Part shown: in pieces, positions 52,281-63,278 of the stretch
Numbering within the stretch: position 1 is the stretch's first letter
How the letters are laid out: each line of letters begins with the position of its first letter
Origin: a virus
Lineage: Duplodnaviria > Caudoviricetes
Length of the DNA stretch: 64,000 nt
IMG/VR virus record: IMGVR_UViG_3300012007_000001
Location: 1 to 64,000 of that record
Direction: 5' to 3' (one strand)
Position numbers and translations under genes: made by a program
The notes under the pieces: model-generated
The model's input: only the letters and a program-made list of their open reading frames with translations
Told to the model about the DNA's origin: nothing
Database searches by the model: none

Positions 52281-52901
52281 TTTTACCCTTTGGCCTAATG
52301 CTATCTTGAACACATCCTTATCAGGAGCACCCCATTCGGGATTACCCCTACCAGCAGATATATTGAACACTTCAAACAGCATCCTGCGTGACCAGTCATC
52401 ACGTTTCGGATAGCCAAGCGAGAACTCGACATGCGTATATGGTATCATAAAGGCCATAGGCGCAAATTCCATTCCACGGGGGATATACATGTAATCAACC
52501 AGCCTCTTATTCCAAAAAGCGTTGATTTCCCTGTATTCCTCCAGCTTGATTCCTGCCTCAATCATCCTGTACCATTCGGATTTCAATGACAGATGCAGGA
52601 TGCGCTCATCTTTCAGGTGCTCAAAAACGCACAGAAGGCCACGGTAATAGTTGTGTATTTGTTCCGAAGCATCATCCAGCAGGATTTCTTCTATTGTCTT
52701 ATCCGTACAGGTAGTGTTTTCGCTACTCAGCCATTCGTGTTGCTCGATTTCATCTTCCGTTTTCCAAACAGATTCATCAAGCGGTGTCAGCAGCCAGTCA
52801 TCATGCTTTGGCAGCATTCTTGTGTTGATGCCTACATATTCCACTTGGTCAACATTATCCAGCAGCACCATGTCTCTGACCGTCTTATACTTCATTTCCA
52901 T
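52278..52901 (-). CDS. Protein with a C-terminal ASCH domain
   Basis: LHLSLKSEWYRMIEAGIKLEEYRE..FSLGYP..G.PEWGAP. Confidence 0.75.
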   Translation of the reverse strand: MEMKYKTVRDMVLLDNVDQVEYVGINTRMLPKHDDWLLTPLDESVWKTEDEIEQHEWLSSENTTCTDKTIEEILLDDASEQIHNYYRGLLCVFEHLKDERILHLSLKSEWYRMIEAGIKLEEYREINAFWNKRLVDYMYIPRGMEFAPMAFMIPYTHVEFSLGYPKRDDWSRRMLFEVFNISAGRGNPEWGAPDKDVFKIALGQRVK

Positions 52902-53161
52902 AGACAGGCATTATAAATAAATGTTCGGGATTCAGGACAACAGGCAGCGCATAGGCATTCTGTTTCATCACCTCAATGCGCTTTTCCGCTTCCTTCGCTA
53001 CGGCTTCTTTATATAACAGTTCACCAACCCGCAAATCAGCAGACTTATAGGCAATGACCCTCTTCATACCTTCATTGTAGTCGAATCTGTCACAGCCGCG
53101 TTTCTTCGCTTTACGAATCCAGCGGACTAACTTTCCGATAGCCCGCCGTTCTTTCTTCGTT

Positions 53162-54007
53162 CTACCCTTCATGCTTCATTATTTCATGTAACAGATAATC
53201 GTCGTGCTTCCATTCGTGGATTCTCCCCATAGCGTCGATGTGCATGAGAATATAATCGCCATCATTACCACCTACAGGACACAGGATTTCGGGTACATAC
53301 CCGCTATACTTCCTGACACAATTTCCATTAACGTCTATCACATCAATGCAGCATCCGTCACAGACTTTGTAATGAATGGTCGCAACAATGCCTTTCTCCC
53401 AATTCTCAATCGTTCCACTCTTGATATTGATAATCGGTTGCCAGCGGTATTCGTCACTGACTTTCACGGCACACGGCATTTTTGGATTTATGGGGTCATC
53501 CTCTATACCGTTAAGCGTTCCATCTTCCCAATATCTTACACTTGCATCCAGCTTCAATGTTTCAAGATGGGTGTAAGTTTTCTTGCACTTCTGCTCCTTC
53601 CACCACTGATACTCCAGCATTTCAGGATTGTCATACTTGTTGCCGACAACCACAAATTCCTTGCCAAATTCACGCCACCAGTTATCAGAAGGTACGCCCC
53701 AAGGGTACAACCATTCACAATTCAAGTTCTGAATATTTGCAGTACAGAAAGCGGCACGGTCATCCTTGAACGCTACCAGCTTCGGGTATTCCAACCCTAT
53801 AGCGATAATGTCACCGTCAAAGATTCGCTTGCCGTCCTTATCCTTCAATCCGATGTACTGGCCTATGGTATCTTCGGCCACATCAGACTCCAGCCCGCTA
53901 CTTTCCTTGATGGTTACTTTCTCGCACCGTGGGCGGTTGTAGTGAATCAAGTCACCTTCTACCCACTGGCCATCATGTTCGGCCTTTGCCCTAAACAGTA
54001 TTTCCAT
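53162..54007 (-). CDS. YopX-family protein with a C-terminal extension
   Basis: ILFRAK..WVEGDL..TIGQYIGLKDKDGKRIFDGDI..VVGNKYDNPEML. Confidence 0.8.
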   Translation of the reverse strand: MEILFRAKAEHDGQWVEGDLIHYNRPRCEKVTIKESSGLESDVAEDTIGQYIGLKDKDGKRIFDGDIIAIGLEYPKLVAFKDDRAAFCTANIQNLNCEWLYPWGVPSDNWWREFGKEFVVVGNKYDNPEMLEYQWWKEQKCKKTYTHLETLKLDASVRYWEDGTLNGIEDDPINPKMPCAVKVSDEYRWQPIINIKSGTIENWEKGIVATIHYKVCDGCCIDVIDVNGNCVRKYSGYVPEILCPVGGNDGDYILMHIDAMGRIHEWKHDDYLLHEIMKHEG

Positions 54008-54629
54008 AATTACACCTTTTGTTTTGAATCATACTCTTTCATCAGCCAATCGGCTTCTTGCACGTATTTGCTTCCACATGCCATCAGAACCACATCAATA
54101 GTGTTTTCTGTCAGATGGTCAACTGCATCCATGAAACATGCAGGCTCAAGGTCTGAATGTATCAAAGCATCCTTTGCAATGATATAATTAGCTATTACCT
54201 GTTTGAGTATCTTCTTCTTTTGCTCTTCCGAGTCTTTCCTCATCCGAATCAAACCGAAAACGCCCAAAGCAATCAATGCCAATGACATCAGAATCTTAAC
54301 AACTGCTTCCATATCAATCATCTTTATTATTACTACCTGTATAATAGTTTATCGTCGGCCTTATTGCCTGTGCTATTATCACAAGGCCAAGCCAACACAA
54401 AATAGCCGTCATCGGATGTGATTCAACAGCCACAAAGAACTCGTTCATAATACCTCCTTCCCAAAAGTTAGTTTTACAGCAGTCTTTCGCATCATGTCGA
54501 AGAAAGTCTCCTTCGTGTCATCATCAAGTTCTACCGTCTCACCTTCATGTTCCTCGATGAACTTCTTCAACCTATCATTCGGTTGGATAGTCGCCTCGGC
54601 TTGCAGCCGTACTCTAAAAGTTTCTTTCA

Positions 54630-55337
54630 TTATTTTTCCTGATTATCATTTACTATTTCATAAATCGGATAAACTATGTCATTGCCCAAAATGCTTAAAT
54701 CCATGTCGCAACACGTTCCGTATCTCTTGCGTCCTGTATCATCAATCTTAGATGATTCAGCCCAAACACGGATTTTCTTGTTGCGCCCTTTTCCGACATA
54801 CTGCGCCACATATACATGACCTTTCACAGACATGCAGCCGTTGTCATACAAGGCACGAATGCGAAACTCACCATCCAGCAGCCCATTTTTGGGCGGCTGC
54901 GGTTTCTTCACTTCCAGCAGTTCGGGATTATCGTAGCGATTACCTACGACTACCAGCCTGTCACGCCATGCCGTTAGTCCGATGTACGATGAACTGCCGA
55001 CTTGTTTCCCACACATCCCACAATCATGCCAAACGACTACATAGAGAAAACCGTGCTCGCCATTGCGAACAATGTCACCCTCGTATATTGATGTTCCATT
55101 GGAGTCTTTCAGTCCTGTGTTCTGCCCGATTGTATCAGGGTCGCAGATAGCGACTTCCTCGTAGCCAAAGACAAGTGCCACGTTTTCAAGTTTATCCACT
55201 TCTTCATCAAATGTAAGGTTACGATTGGTGATGATAACAGGTGCTTTCTTGCCGTCATAAATGGCATTGTGCAAATCGCCATATTGCCAGTTGCCAGTCT
55301 TGACATCCTTGGCTCTAAATCTTACCGTTCTGTTCAT
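54630..55337 (-). CDS. YopX-family protein
   Basis: FRAK..YGDL..TIGQNTGLKDSNG..IYEGDIV..VVGNRYDNPELL. Confidence 0.8.
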   Translation of the reverse strand: MNRTVRFRAKDVKTGNWQYGDLHNAIYDGKKAPVIITNRNLTFDEEVDKLENVALVFGYEEVAICDPDTIGQNTGLKDSNGTSIYEGDIVRNGEHGFLYVVVWHDCGMCGKQVGSSSYIGLTAWRDRLVVVGNRYDNPELLEVKKPQPPKNGLLDGEFRIRALYDNGCMSVKGHVYVAQYVGKGRNKKIRVWAESSKIDDTGRKRYGTCCDMDLSILGNDIVYPIYEIVNDNQEK

Positions 55338-56265
55338 AGGATTATTTTTTTCTGCCTACATACAGTGTACCTACCACATGGATTTCGGGATAGAATTTTT
55401 CTTTTTCCACTTCTATATTGATGCACGTTTTGGCAGTTTTAAGAACTGCGTCCACACACCGCCTTGTCACATCTTCAACCATTCCATCCACGGTGTCGCG
55501 AGGTGGTATCATGTATTTTGAAACGCCACGTCTTTCAGCCTCATGCTCCATCATCCGCGCACGAAACAGTTCACCTTCACCAATCACCATGTGACTTTCA
55601 ATTTTATCCATGTCATATATGGTTTGAGTGACTGGTATAGGTCGGGCAAGCCGAAGCGTTTCCAGTTCATCTCGCAATGCCCTAACATCCTTTTTCGCTT
55701 TCCGCAAGCCGATATAGTTTCTACACCTTTCATGCTTGCAGTAGTCGATAGGCTTCAACTTGTCAGCATATCGCTCCAGCTTACCTCCAAGCCACCGTTT
55801 CCAAAGTGGCTTTACATCCTGTCCGTCTGCTATACAAGCCAGTAAGTACAGGATGCCCAATGTTATATAAATAATTGCAATCGTCATAATTAACAGTTTT
55901 TACAATCAACACAAATTCTATTTCCACAACAGGGGCAGGTTATATAATACTGCCATTCATACATGTGGCTCTGCTGGCGTTCACACTCTGATTCAGTGTA
56001 CTCCAGTTCCGCGCCGCATTTATAGCATTTAGTCTGATTCACGGCCACAGGCTGCATCCTGTAATGCTTTGGCGGTTTCACTACTCTTACCATTATTTTA
56101 TTTCGTTTTTATCAACAAACATTTCACACTTATCCCAAAAGGGCGATATATGAACACAATATTCATCACCCCGACGCTTGCCCTCTTCCGTCAGCCATGC
56201 ACGATAGCATTCATCCCGACGCGGGCAGTCCATAGTGTCGCAGTGGGCGACATCAGATATATAAA

Positions 56266-56703
56266 TCATAACTCCTGCTGTTGTTGACCGAGCCACACAT
56301 CGAACTTAATCAAGGCATCTTCCATGTCGTGCTGATTGCCGACAATTCGGGTCTTAGTGAAATCAAATCCCCTGCGAAGTGCCGTCTTGATGGTGACACG
56401 CTTTCCACGTTCAATCCTGCCTGATTCGTTCATCGGCGCAAGATACCAACCTCCCCATAAATCGAGATAGTTAATGATATATGGCTTTTTCTGACCTTCT
56501 ACAGCCAAGATGTCACGGTCAAAGATGAAATAATCATCTTTGTCGTGAAATCCCGTGTACTGGTCTATAGTGCCACGTTCCACCTGTATGACATTTGTAT
56601 TGTCAACACAAATCTCCATCGGCGCACGGTGCATCAGCAAGTCACCGTACACAAACTTTCTTGAAAGAATCGCCTTGCCGCGAAAAAGAATAGTCCTATC
56701 CAT
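56266..56703 (-). CDS. YopX-family protein
   Basis: ILFRGK..VYGDL..TIDQYTG..IFDRDIL..IVGN.HD. Confidence 0.7.
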   Translation of the reverse strand: MDRTILFRGKAILSRKFVYGDLLMHRAPMEICVDNTNVIQVERGTIDQYTGFHDKDDYFIFDRDILAVEGQKKPYIINYLDLWGGWYLAPMNESGRIERGKRVTIKTALRRGFDFTKTRIVGNQHDMEDALIKFDVWLGQQQQEL

Positions 56704-58476
56704 ATTACTTTTTGTTTATGATGAATCTTTGCCATGCACCGATATTCTCCATCAGCATACTGCCACCAACAATATTGAAGGTGTAGTAAGTTGTTCCGTT
56801 TTGACCGTTATAGGAGAAATTATACCTGCCATTTTCGGATGTCGTAACCACACATCTGCACAGATACGCACGATTCGATGTAGAAATGACGATATAAAGC
56901 TGGCCATTCTTCGGCAGTTCGCTTTCCATCAGGTCATCATCAAACATGATAAACCCGTTCTTATACTGAAACGTCATGCCAGCACGAAAGGCATCTGCAA
57001 CAACGGCGGCAAACTCTTTCTCTTGGTTAAAGTCGTTTTCCGCTTTCTTGCAGACTGCATCCAGTTCATTCACATATTTTTCTGTATATCCCATATTATT
57101 TGCCTTTTTTCTTGCATTTGATAATCAGATTGCCAGTCTCTTCATCATTGCAGGTCTGCAAGTTGTTCTCGCAGTTCCGACAGAAGTAACCGCCCATCAG
57201 AGGCTTGTCACCTTCAACATTCAGCACAGGGCATTCAACCCTTGCATTCGGTTTGATGACATACTGCTCATATTTTGGCTGTTCCACAGACTTTGTGCCG
57301 ACAGGTACGATTTCGCACTCCGTCGGCTCTTTGTCTATCCACTGCACATTGGGATGCTGGCTGTTATCCAACATTACCAACTGGCAGTTGTGCTTTGTTT
57401 TCCAGCTTCCGTTATGCTTGAACGGCTTCTCGTCAGTCACCAACAGAATCAGGTCATTGTTTTGTTCGCGTACTAAATACATATCCTTATTTCATTGTTC
57501 CAATAAATTTCAGATAAACAATATGTTTGCCGTCACAGACATCATGGCTGATGCAGTTGAAGCAATACACCTTTTCGTATTTCTCGCCCAAAGGCACTTG
57601 ACAGTCACAGTTTGGCTCCCTATTCGTTCCAAGCGTACCATCCTGTATGCCACTTATAACCTGCGCTTGCAGCGATTCAAATATTTGGTCGTGACGATAT
57701 GCGCCACACCGCTTTGCATGTGAGCGTTTGTGCAGGTCGATGACAAATTCATCTAACTCCTTGAAGTTGGCTATCCGCAAATCTAATTCCATCCTTCTGC
57801 TATTTCAATTCGTACTTTTCTTGAATATCTTCAGGAGTACAATCGTATTTGTTCCCTTTTTGTTCCTTTTCGGCCTTTGCTGGCTTATCCAGCGTCACGG
57901 CCACCCTTGCAAATTGTCTGTTCATGTTTCTTTTCAGTTCTTTCCATTTCTTGCAACTCTTGAAAGAATTAGCAAGAATTATCACATCACTTTATTATTC
58001 GACCTTACACCCACAGGCTATCATCCGCTGGTGCTCTGCCTTTACCTCCTTGATGAATGCGTCTAATAGCGTCTTGTTGTTTTTTACCGTATAAAAGGTG
58101 TAAATATTGAGATTGACAACAGCGAAATCCATTTTTCCATCGTCCTGCTCCACTTTCTTTGTCTGCGAGATAAAACAGGCGTTGACGGCAATGCAGCCAT
58201 CATCCTGATACTTGCGCAACCTGACTTCCAAATTCACTGTTTCCGCATACTTTTCCTGAATCGACTGCAATTTGCGGAGAAACTGCATCATCTTAGGTTT
58301 CTGTGCCATAATCCATATCTGTTTTGAATATCCGATTTACTAAATTCCGAACCTTGATACCCTTGAGTCGGGTTATCTTGCGGCTACGGTGGCCGCGCTT
58401 CTTTGCTGCACCCTTCACCTCGTCGAAATCCCACGAATGGCGAATCTGCATGATTTTTCTGCCTGTTATCTTCATA

Positions 58477-58749
58477 TTATTTGAATTGTTCTGTACCACA
58501 CACCAAGACATCACCGACAATCGCATTGGCCTTCCGTGCCATGAATGCAATCAATGAAGCCTGCTTGTTATATGGCAACTTTCTAATCAATCCCTCTTCG
58601 TTGACAATCATAATTTGGGTACTGCTTAGATGAATCACCTCGACATAGCCTCCGACGATTTTCTGTGCCTCTTCAAGGCTGAAATCCGTACCGTTCTTTG
58701 GCGTTATACCATAATACTCGCCGTTTGCATGTATTACTGTTGCTGTCAT
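58477..58749 (-). CDS. DUF3846-like protein
   Basis: FSLEEAQKIVGGYVE..VNEEG...LPYN..AS..IVGDV. Confidence 0.7.
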   Translation of the reverse strand: MTATVIHANGEYYGITPKNGTDFSLEEAQKIVGGYVEVIHLSSTQIMIVNEEGLIRKLPYNKQASLIAFMARKANAIVGDVLVCGTEQFK

Positions 58750-59121
58750 AATTCTAAAAGGTTAAAAATCACATTCAAATGAATATTGCTTTTTCAGTGT
58801 TTCCAGTGCCTTTTCAGTAACAAGATAGATGCCGTTATTCATTGGCTTTACCGAGCGATTTTGTTTCAGTTCTATAGGTCGCTTTATCCTGTTGCACCGT
58901 ATCTCATACCGTTCACCATAGACGGCTGTTATCAGAAAGTCAGCCTGTCTCTTGCGTTCATCTAAGGCAGTGGGCTTATATTCACCCTTCTTGATGAAAT
59001 TGGTATCTACAAAATAACCTCTTGCTGTCATAATCGAAATGCCTGTTTACTGTCGGCTCGTCAGTTCTAAATGGTTGTGATAAGGCCGCATGGCTAATAC
59101 AGCGGCCTTGTATGCTGTTTA

Positions 59122-59334
59122 TTATAATTCTTCGGGCTTGTGCATCCTGTCGTACTCCTCATCCCAAATGGCATCCAGTTCATCCTCTTCTGCATAGACA
59201 TCGGTATTGTCGTACTTCAAAATCAGTCGCTTTGCGAAATTGATATGGGTCTTTGCCATTGCGCTGTCTGCGTTCATTATTGTCTGAGCGTCTGAAAGGT
59301 GGCTCATGATGGCGATTTGAATGTTGACTTGCAT
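59122..59334 (-). CDS. Hypothetical protein (true start MQVNIQ, 70 aa)
   Basis: ATG follows the conserved leader; the track ORF reads through the leader. Confidence 0.65.
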   Translation of the reverse strand: MQVNIQIAIMSHLSDAQTIMNADSAMAKTHINFAKRLILKYDNTDVYAEEDELDAIWDEEYDRMHKPEEL

Positions 59335-59475
59335 AATCTTCTGTGCCTGTTTGTCATCAGTCGGCTCTTCTGTTCTAAATGTTGTTGTTTCTTTTTGTTG
59401 GTACAAAGGTAAGCAATTAAATTGAAACTACCAAATTTTTCAGCAGAAAAATAAAGTTATTTGCTTTATTTAACA
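59335..59475 (-). promoter_or_regulatory. Early-type cassette (operator in orientation A)
   Basis: Operator 59449-59471; TACCTTTG 59404-59411; leader core 59372-59381. Confidence 0.8.
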
Positions 59476-59553
59476 GTTAAAACGGCAAAAACAAAAGAAA
59501 AGGGGTGCAATATCGCTTTTGCATCCCTATAATATATATGTATGGCAGAATTA

Positions 59554-60015
59554 TCAAATATCGCTGAAATCCAGTGTGCAGTCAAGAGCCTGCGCAACAC
59601 TGAGGAGAAAATCGCAGTCAGACTTGTATTTACCGCGTTCCGCGCCGCATATTGCTGACCGCTTCGCGCCTATCATGTCTGCAAGCTGCTGTTCTGTAAG
59701 ATGACGCTGCTTTCGTTTGTTGGCTATCTTTCGGCCAAGACGGATGCGCTTAATCATCCTGTCTTTCAAAAGCAAATCCTCATCACCCTTTCGGGCTTCT
59801 GCCACAAAAGCAATCTCTGCCAGCACAGAACCATCACCATCATAGACGCGATACGCTGGAACCTTCACCGTGTTGAAGAAACTGACCTTCGGCGGCTGTG
59901 GGAAATCCTTACAATTATCGGCATAGAACGGCTCTATCTGACCGTTACCCTCGGAGGCAAGCATCTGTGCAAGTCTGCGGGCATCATCTTCGTAATATTC
60001 TGAATATCTTTCCAT
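59554..60015 (-). CDS. Protein with a C-terminal XRE HTH
   Basis: LGRKIANKRKQRHLTEQQLADMIG..SAICGAERGK; its promoter spacer holds an operator (60039-60061). Confidence 0.75.
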   Translation of the reverse strand: MERYSEYYEDDARRLAQMLASEGNGQIEPFYADNCKDFPQPPKVSFFNTVKVPAYRVYDGDGSVLAEIAFVAEARKGDEDLLLKDRMIKRIRLGRKIANKRKQRHLTEQQLADMIGAKRSAICGAERGKYKSDCDFLLSVAQALDCTLDFSDI

Positions 60016-60819
60016 GTGCGGTTAAATTTTTAGTGCAAAGATAAAGTTATTTGCTTACATTCCCAAATTTATATGCTGTTTTTTATATCAAAATAACATT
60101 TACGGCTTTATCAGTCCTGCATCTTCCAGTCTTTTGGAAATCTTATTATAGACAGCATCGACATCCGCATGAAATTCTGAATAGATATAATAATACATCT
60201 TCACGTTTTTGCAATTATGTGATATAAGCGTTTTCTTGCATCCTGTGACTTTGGCAATTTTGTCACGAATGCCACCTCTCTTCATCTTCCGACCACAAAA
60301 TGTTTCGGGAGAATACAGATACAGGATGATGAAAATGAACTTAGACCGCTGAATCGTGTTATTCAGTTCCTTGATATTCGGATGCAATTCACGCATCGCA
60401 GATAAGAACATGTCGTAGATGTTGCCTATCAGCGAAACGTCTGTCAGAATAGGGCATAGCAGTTTTCGCTCTTCTTCAAGTATTTGCTGCTTCCTTTTCT
60501 GTAAAGATTCCATTTGGATAATAATATTTTTCAGCATAAATTTGGATATTTGCGTTAAAACCAGTACCTTTGCAGCGTCGAGTAATTCGGGGTGTGGAAT
60601 GTGCGAGCATCTGCCCCCTTTTTTATTCTTCGCTGCTTTCGTTCTTTAATTCTTCACAGTCACCTTCCCGATAGGTAAAGCAAACCTGTATGTCATTACT
60701 CTTGCATTCTTCCCTGTACTGGCGGAGCAACTCAGAACGTGTTAGTTCCAAGTTGTCCGTCAGAATATCAGTGTGGCGCACCTTTCGCAGTGTGCCGTTT
60801 TCTGTCACCCGTATTCTCG

Positions 60820-61575
60820 TTATTTTGAACATACTCCAAGTTTTTTCTTTTCAAGTTCCATCAATGTCAGTATGCAGTAGTTGGCCATATCCATCAATGA
60901 GTCATTGATGCTTTCTTGTTTGACCTGCCCCTCTGCCTCGGAAAGTACCTCGACACGGTTCAGCTTTTCTTCAAGGTGCATCCTTGCATACTTCATTCCA
61001 TATTTCTCAAACAGCTTGGCAAACGAGTTGCCGTAGTCGTGATTCTTGGCCTTGAATGTGTCGGCCATCCATTCGGTGATACGCTTGAATCGGTCTGCAT
61101 CGGTCATGTTCAGTTCAAAGTCGCGGATGTTCTTTTGCACCAGCTTTGCAATCTGACTGCTATGGAAATAGGGGATGACCTTGTTATCACCTTTCAGCTG
61201 CGGATATTTCTCCATGTACTCCAGTGCTGCATCCTTGCTGTTAAACAGAAGAACGGAAAGGTCATGCGCACCGCCCATGTGCATTGCACCTTTCTCGTCA
61301 ATACGCTGGAATACATAATCGTACATGTTCTTTCTGTAACCTATCACCCATGCGTCAGGTCGAAGGTCGCCGATTCTGATGATTTCCTCGTCCTTTGCGT
61401 AGTGCCGTGCGTCATCGCGGCTTATGAACTTGAACGCCAGTTCGATGTCATTTGTATAGCTACCTTGAGACTGCATGAATGCCGTCTTGCAGCGTTGTGT
61501 TTCCGCATCAAACTGGCAGTCAACAACAACAAATAAATTGTCTAACAGATATTCTTTCTTTTCCATAAACATCAT
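60820..61575 (-). CDS. Protein with a C-terminal DUF1599 (nucleotide-modification-associated) domain
   Basis: KNHDYGNSF..KLNR..ESINDSLMDMANYCIL. Confidence 0.75.
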   Translation of the reverse strand: MMFMEKKEYLLDNLFVVVDCQFDAETQRCKTAFMQSQGSYTNDIELAFKFISRDDARHYAKDEEIIRIGDLRPDAWVIGYRKNMYDYVFQRIDEKGAMHMGGAHDLSVLLFNSKDAALEYMEKYPQLKGDNKVIPYFHSSQIAKLVQKNIRDFELNMTDADRFKRITEWMADTFKAKNHDYGNSFAKLFEKYGMKYARMHLEEKLNRVEVLSEAEGQVKQESINDSLMDMANYCILTLMELEKKKLGVCSK

Positions 61576-62204
61576 TTTGTACCTGTACTGCCAAAGCCGC
61601 CGTCACCGCGCTCACTTTCATCCAGCTTATCTACCAATATAAGTTCTGTATTGGGTACTGGAAGAATTGCCATCTGACCAATCTTGTAGCCTTTTGCCAA
61701 CGTCACGGAAGACTTGTCAACCTTGCCGTTTTCGTCAATCCTGCTTGGTGTGGGGTGGTGATTATCGACAATACATCCGACTACACCACGGTAGCCTGCA
61801 TCCACGATGCCAGTCTTTACTTCCGCATCTATGCGCTCGCCGTTTACATTCTCAAGCCCTTTCGACATATTCCCGCTTCGTGAACGGATGTATGCACAAT
61901 AGCCTTGCGGCAGCTGTATGCAGAATCCCAATGGTATCTGCTGACGGCCATGTTTCAATACCGTTTCCGATGGCAGATACAAGTCATAGCAGGCATCGTC
62001 ATCATGTGCCTTTACTGGCATAATCCCACCTTCACGCAACACTATCTTGATGTCAACAGGAGCGTCATGCTCCACTTGCCACCAGTCAAGTTTTGCTACC
62101 ATGAAGTTAAAATACAAGAAGATTGCCAAGAATGAAAAGGCAATGACAATTAACAATCCGATATTATTCAGTTCCATTTTCGATAATTGATGTTTTTGTT
62201 TCAC
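61572..62204 (-). CDS. dut: Trimeric dUTPase with an N-terminal hydrophobic extension
   Basis: ACYDL, RSRSG, GIVDAGYRG, KIGQM, RGDGGFGSTG. Confidence 0.9.
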   Translation of the reverse strand: MKQKHQLSKMELNNIGLLIVIAFSFLAIFLYFNFMVAKLDWWQVEHDAPVDIKIVLREGGIMPVKAHDDDACYDLYLPSETVLKHGRQQIPLGFCIQLPQGYCAYIRSRSGNMSKGLENVNGERIDAEVKTGIVDAGYRGVVGCIVDNHHPTPSRIDENGKVDKSSVTLAKGYKIGQMAILPVPNTELILVDKLDESERGDGGFGSTGTK

Positions 62205-62514
62205 TAAATCTTTCCTTCAATTTCACGCAGAAGGATTTCGCGTCGTAATACACGGATTCGACATACCAAAGCGACTGCCTGAATCCGTTTCTTAACTGGA
62301 TGGTATCAAACGGATAGCACACCCAATCGTTATTGTTATGGAAACACTCCCAGCATTCCTGCCTGTCATGTACCAAACACATATCATGCGGATTCGTTGT
62401 CTTTGCGCTGTAGCATAGACGCTTTATCCAGTGTGCATTGAACGGGATGCGTACAATCCCACCAGCCTTGATGGAATCGTACTCACCCTTTGTCATTTGA
62501 TAATAGAGCCGCAT
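62164..62514 (-). CDS. Degenerate ASCH-like protein
   Basis: YDSIKAG...HWIKRL...FDTIQLRNGF. Confidence 0.4.
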   Translation of the reverse strand: MRLYYQMTKGEYDSIKAGGIVRIPFNAHWIKRLCYSAKTTNPHDMCLVHDRQECWECFHNNNDWVCYPFDTIQLRNGFRQSLWYVESVYYDAKSFCVKLKERFSETKTSIIENGTE

Positions 62515-62792
62515 TGTTCCGAAATCTTTTGTCTCACAACCTTGTCTATTGCCCTATTCATAAACACAGTAAACATCCTGTCTGCAATCATAAGAATTGC
62601 CGCATAGGATGACATGAAAGCCGCCAATCCGTACTTCCAGCCATAGAACCACGTCACAGCCACACCGATAACGCCAGCAAGCATCAGCAATATGGCTGCA
62701 AGCATGAATTTTCTGTGATAGGCATAGATATAGATTCCCAGCTTATCCTCGTCTGTGATTTCGCACTTTAGTTCGTACATCAGTTTCATCTG

Positions 62793-63278
62793 CTACTGTT
62801 CGTATTCGGGCTTATCGTCCTGTTCTTTCTTCTTGTACTCAAACACGTCGATTATGTTGGTTTCCGATACAGATGAGATAACATAGTCTATCATCGTACC
62901 ACCCATGATTTCTTCGATGCCCTTTACAGCACTTTGCAGCGTACCAGCCTGCACAAGATAGCAGCAGTTCGTCCGTTTCTCCTTTTCCGTCTTTTCATCA
63001 ATAGTGATGAATTGCAGCTTGGCCTTATACCAGCGGTCTGCCATTTCATCGTCATTGAAGAAAATCTCCTTGAATGGGCATTTCTTCATGTCATCAACCG
63101 TGAACTCGCCGCTGATGTACGCGGACATTTCCTCAATCATGCGACCTTCGCCCTCGGTGAACGAAAGCGCATCGACAACGTAGTTTTCAGATACTTTCTT
63201 CTGTAAACCATCTTCCATTGTCTTTTCATACCGAATCTTTACATTAAACCATTCGGCTGTTCTACTTCTGTAAGCCAT
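62793..63278 (-). CDS. DUF4494-like protein
   Basis: WF..KIRYEK.MEDG.QKKV.E.Y.VDALSFTE.E..WYKAKL.FIT.DEK. Confidence 0.8.
   Translation of the reverse strand: MAYRSRTAEWFNVKIRYEKTMEDGLQKKVSENYVVDALSFTEGEGRMIEEMSAYISGEFTVDDMKKCPFKEIFFNDDEMADRWYKAKLQFITIDEKTEKEKRTNCCYLVQAGTLQSAVKGIEEIMGGTMIDYVISSVSETNIIDVFEYKKKEQDDKPEYEQ

Noticed and set aside
12704-59381. CRISPR array or integron attC sites made from the GTTCTAAA repeats
   Set aside because: Copies are kilobases apart, tied to start codons and promoters, have no regular spacers, and no cas or integrase gene is in the window
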